Below, in pieces: positions 1 to 8,462 of a stretch of DNA of 64,000 bases. The number at the start of each line of letters is the position of its first letter. Position 1 is the stretch's first letter. A program made the position numbers and the translations under genes. Source of the stretch: Candidatus Aminicenantes bacterium (GTDB lineage: Bacteria; Acidobacteriota; Aminicenantia; Aminicenantales; CALLJL01); NCBI GenBank assembly GCA_026416195.1, contig JAOAFQ010000012.1:13955-77954 (forward strand). The letters are read 5' to 3'. Below the pieces are notes generated by a model that saw nothing but the letters and a program-made list of their open reading frames with translations, did not search any database and had not been told where the DNA came from.

Positions 1-1
1 T

Positions 2-850
2 CAAGCCCTCCGCGAAGAAATAAACCGACTCTGGGAACAAATTGTTCCTCAGATCGCAGCGAAGCATATTGTTCAAATGGCCCGACATCCCCAAAGGCCC
101 TATACTTTAGATTATATTCAAGCCCTCGTCGAAGATTTCGTTGAGCTTCATGGTGATCGTCGTTTCGGTGATGACCCAGCTATAATCGCTGGCCTCGGAT
201 TTTATAAAGGGAGAACAGTGGCTTTTATTGGCCATCAAAAGGGCAGATCAACTAGGGAAAGAATCGCCCGCAATTTTGGTCAGCCCAATCCCGAGGGCTA
301 TCGCAAGGCCTTAAGAATAATGAAACTCGCTGAAAAATTTCATTTTCCTATTGTTACTTTTATCGATACTCCTGGAGCCTATCCTGGGATTGGCGCTGAA
401 GAAAGAGGTCAGGCTGAAGCCATTGCCACAAATCTCCGGGAAATTGCTCGCCTTAGGGTGCCTGTAATTAATATTGTTATTGGTGAAGGCGGCAGTGGAG
501 GGGCTTTGGCTATCGGAGTAGGTGATTTAATGTTTATGCTTGAATATTCCTTTTATTCCGTTATTTCTCCCGAAGGTTGCGCCGCCATTCTCTGGAAGGA
601 TCAAAGTGCCGTCGATAAAGCAGCTCAGAATCTAAAGCTTACGGCCCGAGACCTTCTTGAACTCGGGATCATCGATAAAATTATTCCAGAACCGCCTGGT
701 GGCGCCCATATCGACCCTGAACAAACCTTTCGAAATGTAGATCGTTATCTTGCTCCTGCTTTGAGAAAACTGGAAGAAACCCCTATTGAAGAACTCCTTC
801 AAGCTCGTTATCAAAAATTCAGAAAAATCGGGGTTTTTACTGAAAAATGA
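2..850 (+). CDS. accA: Acetyl-CoA carboxylase carboxyltransferase alpha subunit (5' end outside window)
   Basis: Motifs ARHPQRPYTLDYI, ELHGDRRFGDD, FIDTPGAYPGIGAEERGQ, GEGGSGGALA; frame is open from nt 2 to the ATG at 77, so the gene starts upstream of the window. Confidence 0.96.
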   Translation, partial: QALREEINRLWEQIVPQIAAKHIVQMARHPQRPYTLDYIQALVEDFVELHGDRRFGDDPAIIAGLGFYKGRTVAFIGHQKGRSTRERIARNFGQPNPEGYRKALRIMKLAEKFHFPIVTFIDTPGAYPGIGAEERGQAEAIATNLREIARLRVPVINIVIGEGGSGGALAIGVGDLMFMLEYSFYSVISPEGCAAILWKDQSAVDKAAQNLKLTARDLLELGIIDKIIPEPPGGAHIDPEQTFRNVDRYLAPALRKLEETPIEELLQARYQKFRKIGVFTEK

Positions 851-2115
851 AGCCTTCCTTGACCGCCATTAAAGGCACGAAAGATATTCTTCCCCCTGAA
901 ACCAAATTATGGCAAAAAGCCGAGTGGCTATGCCGCGAGGTCTTTGAAGCTTATGGTTATCAGGAAATTAGAACACCAATTATTGAACCGACTGAGCTCT
1001 TTGTTAAGGGAACTGGAGAAACAACTGACATCGTCACTAAGGAAATGTATACTTTTGTGGATAAGGGTGGTCGGTCCATTACCTTAAGACCAGAATATAC
1101 CCCCTCAGTCGTCAGGGCAATTATTGAGCACCGTTTATATTTACAAGCTTCGCCTCTTCGCTTTTATTACTTTGGCCCTATGTTTCGTCATGATCGTCCT
1201 CAAAAGGGTCGCTATCGTCAATTTCATCAGGTGGATATTGAAGTCTTTGGAGAAACTGATCCGGCCATAGATGCCGAAATTATTGAAATGGCCGATTATC
1301 TACTTGATCGCCTTGGGGTTAAAAATAAAAAAATACTTGTCAATTCCGTCGGTTGCTCAAACTGCCGCCCTAACTATGTAACTCTTCTTCGAGCCAAAGC
1401 TGAAGAAATCAAGGAGAGATTATGTAAGGATTGTCAGCGGCGGCTTGAGCTTAATCCTCTTCGCCTTTTTGATTGTAAAGAACCAGGCTGTCAGGCGATA
1501 ACCCAAAGTCTACCTAAAATAATTGATTATCTTTGTCGAGATTGTTTGACTCATTTTGAAAACGTCCGCCAATGGCTTGATTTTTATGGATTGAGCTACC
1601 AAATTGAACCTCGGTTAGTCCGAGGTCTCGATTATTACACTCGAACCACCTTTGAAATTATTAGCCTTGAGCTTGGAGCTCAAAATGCTCTTCTAGGCGG
1701 CGGCCGTTATGATCATCTGATGAAAATTTACGGAGGCCCAGACATATGCGGCCTAGGCTTCGCGTTAGGCTTAGAAAGGGTTCTTTCGGTAGCTCAAATT
1801 AAACCTGACAAAGAAAAATTGATTTATTTTGTTTATCTCGGCGAAAAAGCCAAGAAGAAAAGTCTTCAACTCTGTCGAGAGCTCCGCCGACAAGGTTTTA
1901 CTACCCTTTTAGAATATAAAGACAGAAGCCTCAAAGCTCAATTAAGCCGAGCCAATAAGCTGGCAGCTACCTGGACGATTATCCTAGGAGAAGATGAACT
2001 CAATCAAGGAATTTGTCAGCTCAAAGAAATGACGAGTGGCCAACAGAAAACGGTTCCCTTTGACCAAGTTGGAACTATTTTAAGAACTTTAGAGAAGGAC
2101 GAAAAAAATAAATGA
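847..2115 (+). CDS. hisS: Histidine-tRNA ligase
   Basis: KGTKDILP, LRPEYT, PQKGRYRQFHQ, LVRGLDYYTRTTFE, GGGRYD; ATGA overlap with accA. Confidence 0.97.
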   Translation: MKPSLTAIKGTKDILPPETKLWQKAEWLCREVFEAYGYQEIRTPIIEPTELFVKGTGETTDIVTKEMYTFVDKGGRSITLRPEYTPSVVRAIIEHRLYLQASPLRFYYFGPMFRHDRPQKGRYRQFHQVDIEVFGETDPAIDAEIIEMADYLLDRLGVKNKKILVNSVGCSNCRPNYVTLLRAKAEEIKERLCKDCQRRLELNPLRLFDCKEPGCQAITQSLPKIIDYLCRDCLTHFENVRQWLDFYGLSYQIEPRLVRGLDYYTRTTFEIISLELGAQNALLGGGRYDHLMKIYGGPDICGLGFALGLERVLSVAQIKPDKEKLIYFVYLGEKAKKKSLQLCRELRRQGFTTLLEYKDRSLKAQLSRANKLAATWTIILGEDELNQGICQLKEMTSGQQKTVPFDQVGTILRTLEKDEKNK

Positions 2116-3896
2116 ATATAAAAAATAATCTCTTCACCTGGAAAAGAACCCACTATGCCGGTACCCTTCGCCGCGAAAATATTGGCCAAAGAGTAACTGT
2201 CTGTGGCTGGGTCCAGCGGCTCCGCGACCTAGGTCAACTTGTTTTTCTTGATCTAAGAGACCGAGAAGGCCTCATTCAGATAGTCTTTTCGCATGAATCA
2301 CCCGATTTATTGAGCCTGGCGAAACAACTCCGAGTCGAATCGGTCATCGGGGTGAAGGGAATTGTCCGTCCAAGAGGCGAAGGCGCAACAAATCCTCAGT
2401 TGCCAACAGGAGAAATTGAAATTGCGGCCGAAGAGCTTGTGGTTTTTAATGAAGCTCGAATTCCTCCATTTCAAGTAATCGATCCGGTGGTTGCCTCTGA
2501 GGAGCTCCGTTTCCGCTACCGCTATCTTGATTTACGTCGACCTTCGATGCAACGAAATCTCCGCCTTCGTCATGAAGCGGCTCTTAAAACTCGCTTTTAT
2601 TTTCATCGACACGGCTTTTTAGAAATCGAGACTCCATTCCTAACTAAATCTACCCCTGAAGGCGCTCGTGATTATCTTGTTCCCAGCCGCCTCCATAAAG
2701 GCAAATTTTATGCTCTACCCCAGTCGCCCCAATTGTTTAAACAAACCCTAATGATCGCCGGTTTGGATCGCTATTTCCAAATTGTGCGTTGTTTTCGAGA
2801 TGAAGACCTCCGAGCTGATCGCCAGCCTGAATTTACCCAAATAGATGTTGAAATGAGCTTTGCTGACGAGGAAGATATCTTCACCTTAATTGAAGGCTTG
2901 ATGGTTGAGCTTTTCGACTTAATTGGAGAAAAAATTACCCCTCCCTTTCCTCGCCTTAGTTACCAGGAATGCTTAGAAAAATATGGAACGGATAAGCCTG
3001 ATTTAAGAAATAAAATTACTCTCCTTGATTTCACTAGTTTTCTCGAGCGAGCCTCGACTGAATTTTTAAAACTGGCCCAGCAAGCTAATTATGTCCTTAA
3101 AGGAATAGTTATCCCGGGGGGCGCTTCTCTTTCTCGCTCTCAGCTGGAAAAAATTCAACAGCAAGTAAAGTCAAAAGGGAGTAAAGGCCTTATTTGGATT
3201 AAAGGTGAGGGAGAATTAAAATCATCACCCCGACTTGAGCCTGGCGATGCCTTAGCGCTTTGGGAAAAGGCTGGCGCCACTGCCAAGGACCTCCTGCTTC
3301 TTTGTCTTGACCAACGGGACCTTGTCCTTAAAATTTTAGGTGATCTAAGAGGGGAATTGGCCCCTTCATCCTCTTCGCCTTCTTTTGCTTTTGCTTGGAT
3401 AAAAGATTTTCCTCTGTTCGAATGGAGGGAAGAGGAAAAAAAGATTGTCTCGGTTCATCATCCCTTTACCTCACCTCATCCCGATGACCTTGACCTTTTA
3501 GAAAGAGAACCTCTTAAAGTCAGAGCCAGAGCCTATGATTTAGTTCTTAATGGTTATGAAATTGGTGGTGGCTCAGTCCGGATTCATGATATGAATCTCC
3601 AACGGAAAATCTTTCAACTACTCAATCTCAAGGAAAAGGAAATAGAGGAAAAATTTGGTTTTTTCCTTGAAGCCCTCACTTATGGAACTCCCCCTCATGC
3701 TGGCATTGCTTTAGGTTTTGACCGCCTCATTATGCTGTTAGCTGGCCAGAACTCCATCCGAGAAGTTATTCCTTTTCCCAAAACGACCAGCGCTCTCTGT
3801 CTTTTGACTGGATCGCCTTCATCAGTCTCTCCAGCTCAACTAGATGAGTTAGGAATTGAGATAAAAAAGACTGATAAGAAAAATCATAATTTTTAA
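2112..3896 (+). CDS. aspS: Aspartate-tRNA ligase
   Basis: RYRYLDLRR, STPEGARDYLVPSR, ALPQSPQLFKQ, CFRDEDLRADRQPEFTQID, GTPPHAGIALGFDR; ATGA overlap with hisS. Confidence 0.97.
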   Translation: MNIKNNLFTWKRTHYAGTLRRENIGQRVTVCGWVQRLRDLGQLVFLDLRDREGLIQIVFSHESPDLLSLAKQLRVESVIGVKGIVRPRGEGATNPQLPTGEIEIAAEELVVFNEARIPPFQVIDPVVASEELRFRYRYLDLRRPSMQRNLRLRHEAALKTRFYFHRHGFLEIETPFLTKSTPEGARDYLVPSRLHKGKFYALPQSPQLFKQTLMIAGLDRYFQIVRCFRDEDLRADRQPEFTQIDVEMSFADEEDIFTLIEGLMVELFDLIGEKITPPFPRLSYQECLEKYGTDKPDLRNKITLLDFTSFLERASTEFLKLAQQANYVLKGIVIPGGASLSRSQLEKIQQQVKSKGSKGLIWIKGEGELKSSPRLEPGDALALWEKAGATAKDLLLLCLDQRDLVLKILGDLRGELAPSSSSPSFAFAWIKDFPLFEWREEEKKIVSVHHPFTSPHPDDLDLLEREPLKVRARAYDLVLNGYEIGGGSVRIHDMNLQRKIFQLLNLKEKEIEEKFGFFLEALTYGTPPHAGIALGFDRLIMLLAGQNSIREVIPFPKTTSALCLLTGSPSSVSPAQLDELGIEIKKTDKKNHNF

Positions 3897-3977
3897 AATT
3901 GTTTACCTCAACGGTCATCCTTTTTTTCACCGATTAGTTTTTTCTTTTGTCGCTTTCTTAAAAGCCTTTTGCAATCT

Positions 3978-4451
3978 TTAATCCACAATGGCCCAGCATT
4001 CAATTTCTATTTTAGCCCCACCAGCCAGGCCACTTACCCCAAAAGTACTTCTCGCCGGTCGATTTTTCGGAAAAAAAGAAAGATAAATTTTATTCATTTT
4101 TTCCCAGTCAGCCATATCAGTCAGCATTACCGTGCATTTGACGACTTTATCTAAAGACGAGCCATATTTTTCCAAAGTCCTTTTGATATTTTCGAGAACC
4201 TGCCTGGTTTCAGCTTCAATCCCACCCTCAACCAGCTGGCCGGTTCTTGGATCGCGACCAAGCTGGCCAGAAAGAATTAACCAATGGCCGACCCGAACAG
4301 CCTCTGAAAAAGGAGCCTGACTTTTTTCAGGAGGATTGAGAAAGGCAATTTGAACTTTTTCCTGGGCTAAAAACCTCGCTCCAACTAAGAACCAAGCTAA
4401 TATAAAAATTAGAAGAAGGTAAAAAGAAAAAAACCGATGATTTTGCCTCAT
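3978..4451 (-). CDS. RidA/YjgF/UK114 family protein with N-terminal signal peptide
   Basis: PFSEAVRVG, LSGQLG, RPARSTFGVSGL, KIEIECWA; start moved to ATG 4451, which has GGGAGG 7 nt upstream. Confidence 0.9.
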   Translation of the reverse strand: MRQNHRFFSFYLLLIFILAWFLVGARFLAQEKVQIAFLNPPEKSQAPFSEAVRVGHWLILSGQLGRDPRTGQLVEGGIEAETRQVLENIKRTLEKYGSSLDKVVKCTVMLTDMADWEKMNKIYLSFFPKNRPARSTFGVSGLAGGAKIEIECWAIVD

Positions 4452-4594
4452 TTTTTTCCTCCCTTTCAATTAAGGAACTTAAAGTTATAATTATTTGATT
4501 GTTTCTTCTAAAGTTTAAGTCATGATTTTAAAAGAAGAAAAAATCCCTTTTTTCTTTTTTAAATTTTTTAACTTCTTATTGATAATTTTTTATA

Positions 4595-6058
4595 TTATTT
4601 TAAGGGCTCACCAGTAAGAGGATCGCGTAAAGTAAGCTGATTGACCTTTCCTAGTTTGGATAGTGGGCCAGGAAATTTAGGATCACCCTGGTTGCAAGGT
4701 TCCCAATCCCCCACAATCATAATGACCATTTTATCGGGTCTGATATATTTCTTGGCCACTTCGAGAACTTTTTCCTTAGTCACCCGACGAATATTATCTC
4801 GATAGGTTTTATAATAATCCAGCGGCTTACCTTGGAGCTCAAGCAGGGCAAAATTGCGCATGGTGGTTATTGGGCTCGAGAAGAACTCACTAAAGCTCTC
4901 AAGATAATAATTAATCGCAGTTTCTAATTCTTCATCTGTGACTAACTCCTGTCTGATTCTTTCAAATTCCTTAAGAATAAGGGAAATAGCGTAACCCACG
5001 GTCGAGGATTTAGTTTGAACATACCCTGAAAAAGTTCCAGGGAAACCCCAACGGTAGGTAAAACGACTGCCCGTATTGTAGGCCAACCCTTCATCCGAAC
5101 GAACCTTGGAGGTAATTCTGGAGGTAAAGCTACCTCCACCAAGAATAAAATTCATTACCTGAACAGCAAAATAATCAGGATTGGTGTCCTCTAAGCCTAA
5201 ATGACCAATAGAAACATAACCTTGGTTGATTTTTTTCTGAATAAAATAAACGCCTGGTTCAACTTCAGGAAAATTCTTCGGAATCGCCGGAAAAGAGGCA
5301 GTCTGATTTCGCCATTTAGAAACATATTGGTTTATTCGCGCAATAAGAGTCTTTTTATTGAAATCGCCGGCGGCCGCCAAGATAATATTGCGAGGGAAAA
5401 AGTATTTTCGATGATAGGCCTTAAGATCCTCGCGACTAATTCCTTCGATCGAAGCTTTTGTGGGCTGATACGTAAGAGGATGCTCTCCATAAAGAAGACG
5501 CTCATATTCCCTAGAAAGAACCGCACTGGGCGCATCATTTGCCGTCTTCAACTGTTCAATCATTCGCCCTTTAGCAATCTTCAAGCTGTCTTCTCTAAAT
5601 TCTGGGTTCATGAGGACATCAAAGAAAAGATCTAGACCTTCCTCAAGATCTTTACTAAGAATCGAAAGCGATAGAGTAGCTGTTCTTTCGGCTACTGAGA
5701 AATTTAGGCTGGCTCCTAAGAAATCAAGCCGATCTTCAATTTGACTGCCTTCTCTAGTCTTGGTCCCTCCTTTAATCAAGGTCTGAGCCATAAGATTACC
5801 CAACCCAGCTTTGTCTTTCGAGACATAAATGTCCCCAAAATGAATGATCGCCTGAAGATTTACTAAGGGGAGGGTTCGATCCTCCTGAATATAAGCTCTC
5901 ATTCCTTGAGCTAAGTTGTGGCGAAAAGAACGGGGCTCAGGCGGTTCAAATTTAAGGGGCGGGAAAGTCAATTCCTCTGGCCTCTTAACCTGACTAAAAA
6001 CTGTTGAGGCCAGGATAAAGGCCAAGATAAATCCTAACCCAAACGATCTTTTTCTCAT
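4595..6058 (-). CDS. M16 (pitrilysin) family peptidase, non-catalytic subunit, signal peptide
   Basis: M16 fold motifs (LGGGSFTSRI, VRSDEGLAY); HxxEH site replaced by GLGNLMAQTL. Confidence 0.88.
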   Translation of the reverse strand: MRKRSFGLGFILAFILASTVFSQVKRPEELTFPPLKFEPPEPRSFRHNLAQGMRAYIQEDRTLPLVNLQAIIHFGDIYVSKDKAGLGNLMAQTLIKGGTKTREGSQIEDRLDFLGASLNFSVAERTATLSLSILSKDLEEGLDLFFDVLMNPEFREDSLKIAKGRMIEQLKTANDAPSAVLSREYERLLYGEHPLTYQPTKASIEGISREDLKAYHRKYFFPRNIILAAAGDFNKKTLIARINQYVSKWRNQTASFPAIPKNFPEVEPGVYFIQKKINQGYVSIGHLGLEDTNPDYFAVQVMNFILGGGSFTSRITSKVRSDEGLAYNTGSRFTYRWGFPGTFSGYVQTKSSTVGYAISLILKEFERIRQELVTDEELETAINYYLESFSEFFSSPITTMRNFALLELQGKPLDYYKTYRDNIRRVTKEKVLEVAKKYIRPDKMVIMIVGDWEPCNQGDPKFPGPLSKLGKVNQLTLRDPLTGEPLK

Positions 6059-6070
6059 TTTTTCCCTCCT

Positions 6071-7549
6071 TTATCGACCAAAGCTTCGTCGATAAATGGC
6101 CGTCAGGGAATTAAGTCGAACAAAATACTTCGAAGCCACGGCCTTAATATCATCATTGCTTACCTTTTTAATAGCTTCGAGATCCGTTTGGAGTGATCGC
6201 CAGCCTCGATTAAGTTCAGCTCGCCCGAGGCGACTAGCTAAAGCGGTCGGGCTTTGAAGACTCATAATGAAGCTGGCTTCATAGCGGTTTTTGGCTTTCT
6301 GAAGCTCTTCTGGAGTCACTCCTTCCTTTTTCACTTTTTCGAGTTCAGCCCAAAGATCCTTTTCTAAGTCATCGGGCTTAATTCCCTTTTCAGTTTTGGG
6401 CCGAGCATTAACGACAAAGCTACCAACATACCATTGAGGTCGACAAAAAGCGCTAACCATGGAAGCAATATCTTTTTCTTTAATCAAGGATTTATAAAGG
6501 CGGCCAGTATCGCCAGTCAAAATACTGGCCAGAACAGTAAGGGGGTAGGTATCGGGATGACCATCAGGGGGAATATGAAACCAGATAGCTATCTGGGAAG
6601 GAGCCAAACCTTCACCATAAATTCTTTTTTCACAGTCCTGAGAAGGAACAGGAGTCCGAATCGGCTCTATATCCTGTCCACGGGGAATTGGTCCAAAATA
6701 TTTTTCGGCTAATTCAATTACCCTTTTGGGGTCAAAATCACCTACATAGACAGCAACGGCATTATTAGGCACATAATACTTATTATAAAATTCAATGAGG
6801 TCTTGCTTAGTCATCCTCTTGAGGTCCTCCATCCAGCCAATGACATTCCAATGATAGGGTGAGCCGACAAAGAAAGTGGCCCTGACCTGCTCATTGAAGA
6901 GATAACCAGGGCTGTTCTCTGACAGACGCCGCTCCTCCATAACTACGTCTTTTTCCGAATAGAACTCGCGAAAATAGGCATTAACCATTCGATCTGCTTC
7001 TAGAAACATTTGGAGCTCAATTTTGTTTGCAGGCAAGGTAACATAATATCCAGTGACTTCGTCGGAAGTCGAAGCATTTAGACCCGTTCCCCCGTGTTTC
7101 ATATAAGTTTCCCAAAGATGATCTTTGATAATGTACTTTTTTTCTTCTTTAATTAGCCTTTCGACTTCTTTTTCCCATTCGGCTACTTTAGCCTTATCGC
7201 CATCCTTTTTCCAATATTTCTCTCGATAAATCTTCTCCATAAGCTCATCAATTTTCCGATTAAGGGCATGGTCGGCCTCAAAATCAGTGATGCCCATGAC
7301 CTTTGTTCCTTTAAACATCATGTGTTCAAGAACATGAGCTAAGCCAGTAATTCCAGGACGTTCATTAATTGATCCAACTCGGTAATAAATATGACAGACA
7401 ACTCTGGGCACGCCTGAACGAGGTAACATTAAAATCTTCAAACCATTAGGCAACTTATGCTCAATGACTTCTAGCTTTAGATCACTAGCGAAAAGAGGCC
7501 AAATAAGAAAATTAAAAACTAAAAGGCCAACTAAAAAACCTTTCCTCAA
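6071..7549 (-). CDS. M16 (pitrilysin) family zinc peptidase, catalytic subunit, signal peptide
   Basis: GLAHVLEHMMFKGT (HxxEH), LNASTSDEVT, EKDVVMEERR. Confidence 0.92.
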   Translation of the reverse strand: MRKGFLVGLLVFNFLIWPLFASDLKLEVIEHKLPNGLKILMLPRSGVPRVVCHIYYRVGSINERPGITGLAHVLEHMMFKGTKVMGITDFEADHALNRKIDELMEKIYREKYWKKDGDKAKVAEWEKEVERLIKEEKKYIIKDHLWETYMKHGGTGLNASTSDEVTGYYVTLPANKIELQMFLEADRMVNAYFREFYSEKDVVMEERRLSENSPGYLFNEQVRATFFVGSPYHWNVIGWMEDLKRMTKQDLIEFYNKYYVPNNAVAVYVGDFDPKRVIELAEKYFGPIPRGQDIEPIRTPVPSQDCEKRIYGEGLAPSQIAIWFHIPPDGHPDTYPLTVLASILTGDTGRLYKSLIKEKDIASMVSAFCRPQWYVGSFVVNARPKTEKGIKPDDLEKDLWAELEKVKKEGVTPEELQKAKNRYEASFIMSLQSPTALASRLGRAELNRGWRSLQTDLEAIKKVSNDDIKAVASKYFVRLNSLTAIYRRSFGR

Positions 7550-7677
7550 GCTAACACCTCCCTTTTAAAATGAATGGGATGACTTCTTCCATGGAAAAAT
7601 TCTTTCCTATTATAAGCGAAAAAAACAAGTATTATCAATTATTCCTGCGATTTATTAATAAGATTTTTCAGGCTAAC

Positions 7678-7695
7678 TTGACGATTAAAAGTCAA
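7678..7695. promoter_or_regulatory. Inverted repeat TTGAC-N8-GTCAA in divergent intergenic region
   Basis: ttgac gattaaaa gtcaa at 7678-7695; the left arm could double as a -35 (TTGACG) for the YfiR-family gene. Confidence 0.3.
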
Positions 7696-7814
7696 AAATG
7701 TTAGTCTTTATAAAAAAACAAAAATAAGCTTTAAGGAAGAGCTAAAAGTAACTTAATTTCCGAAAAAGGAAAAAAGTAATTTAAAAAAAGGACAAAGGCC
7801 GACAAAAGCGAAAA

Positions 7815-8462
7815 TTGAGAAGAGCAATCTTAGGGGGGAAATTTAGCCAGAAAGGAATGCGAGTCAGCCTCTTTTTCATATCCCTTTTAGGCCTTCTTGT
7901 CGCTGGCCCAATCGGCTTTTCAATGACGACGAAGACCAAAAACCAGGTGGAACGGTATGGTCTTTCGTCCACCCGACAATATGAGCTTTTTCGGAAAATT
8001 TTAACTTTTGAAAGAACGTGGAAGAAAAAACAGCTTGCTCATTTAACTGTCGCCCTTCTTTATGAGAAAAGTTATGAACTTTCTGTTTGGATAAAGGAAG
8101 ACTTCGTCCAGGCAATTGAAGCTCAATCGACAATTGAAGGACTTCCGGTTCGCCTATTGGAAATTCCAGTGGAAGAAATAAAAAATTTGTCAAACCTTTT
8201 TTCCCAAGAAAACATTGCCTTTCTCTATATTACGCCTTTAAAACCTGCAACCATAAAAAATCAACTCAAAAAAATCCTGGCTCTTTGTCGTCAATTTAAA
8301 ATCGCCACTTTCACCGGTGAAATTACTTATGTTGATCTAGGTGTGGCCATTGGGCTGGGCGTCGTTGATCAAAAACCCCAGGTCTTTATAAACCTTCAGG
8401 CTGCCAAGGAGCAAGGCCTTGAGTTTAGCTCCCAGCTTTTAAGAATGAGCTTAATAAAATGA
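7815..8462 (+). CDS. YfiR/HmsC (DUF4154) family periplasmic regulator
   Basis: Signal peptide; C-terminal VFINLQAAKEQGLEFSSQLLRMS typical of the family; coupled to a diguanylate cyclase; true start could be 7857. Confidence 0.82.
   Translation: MRRAILGGKFSQKGMRVSLFFISLLGLLVAGPIGFSMTTKTKNQVERYGLSSTRQYELFRKILTFERTWKKKQLAHLTVALLYEKSYELSVWIKEDFVQAIEAQSTIEGLPVRLLEIPVEEIKNLSNLFSQENIAFLYITPLKPATIKNQLKKILALCRQFKIATFTGEITYVDLGVAIGLGVVDQKPQVFINLQAAKEQGLEFSSQLLRMSLIK

Noticed and set aside
1056-1064. Perfect DnaA box TGTGGATAA
   Set aside because: Isolated and inside hisS coding sequence; about one chance hit is expected per window
2112-2420. AspRS discriminating versus non-discriminating call
   Set aside because: Signatures are mixed (RDLG but RGEG), so it cannot be decided without alignment and knowing whether gatCAB/asnS are present
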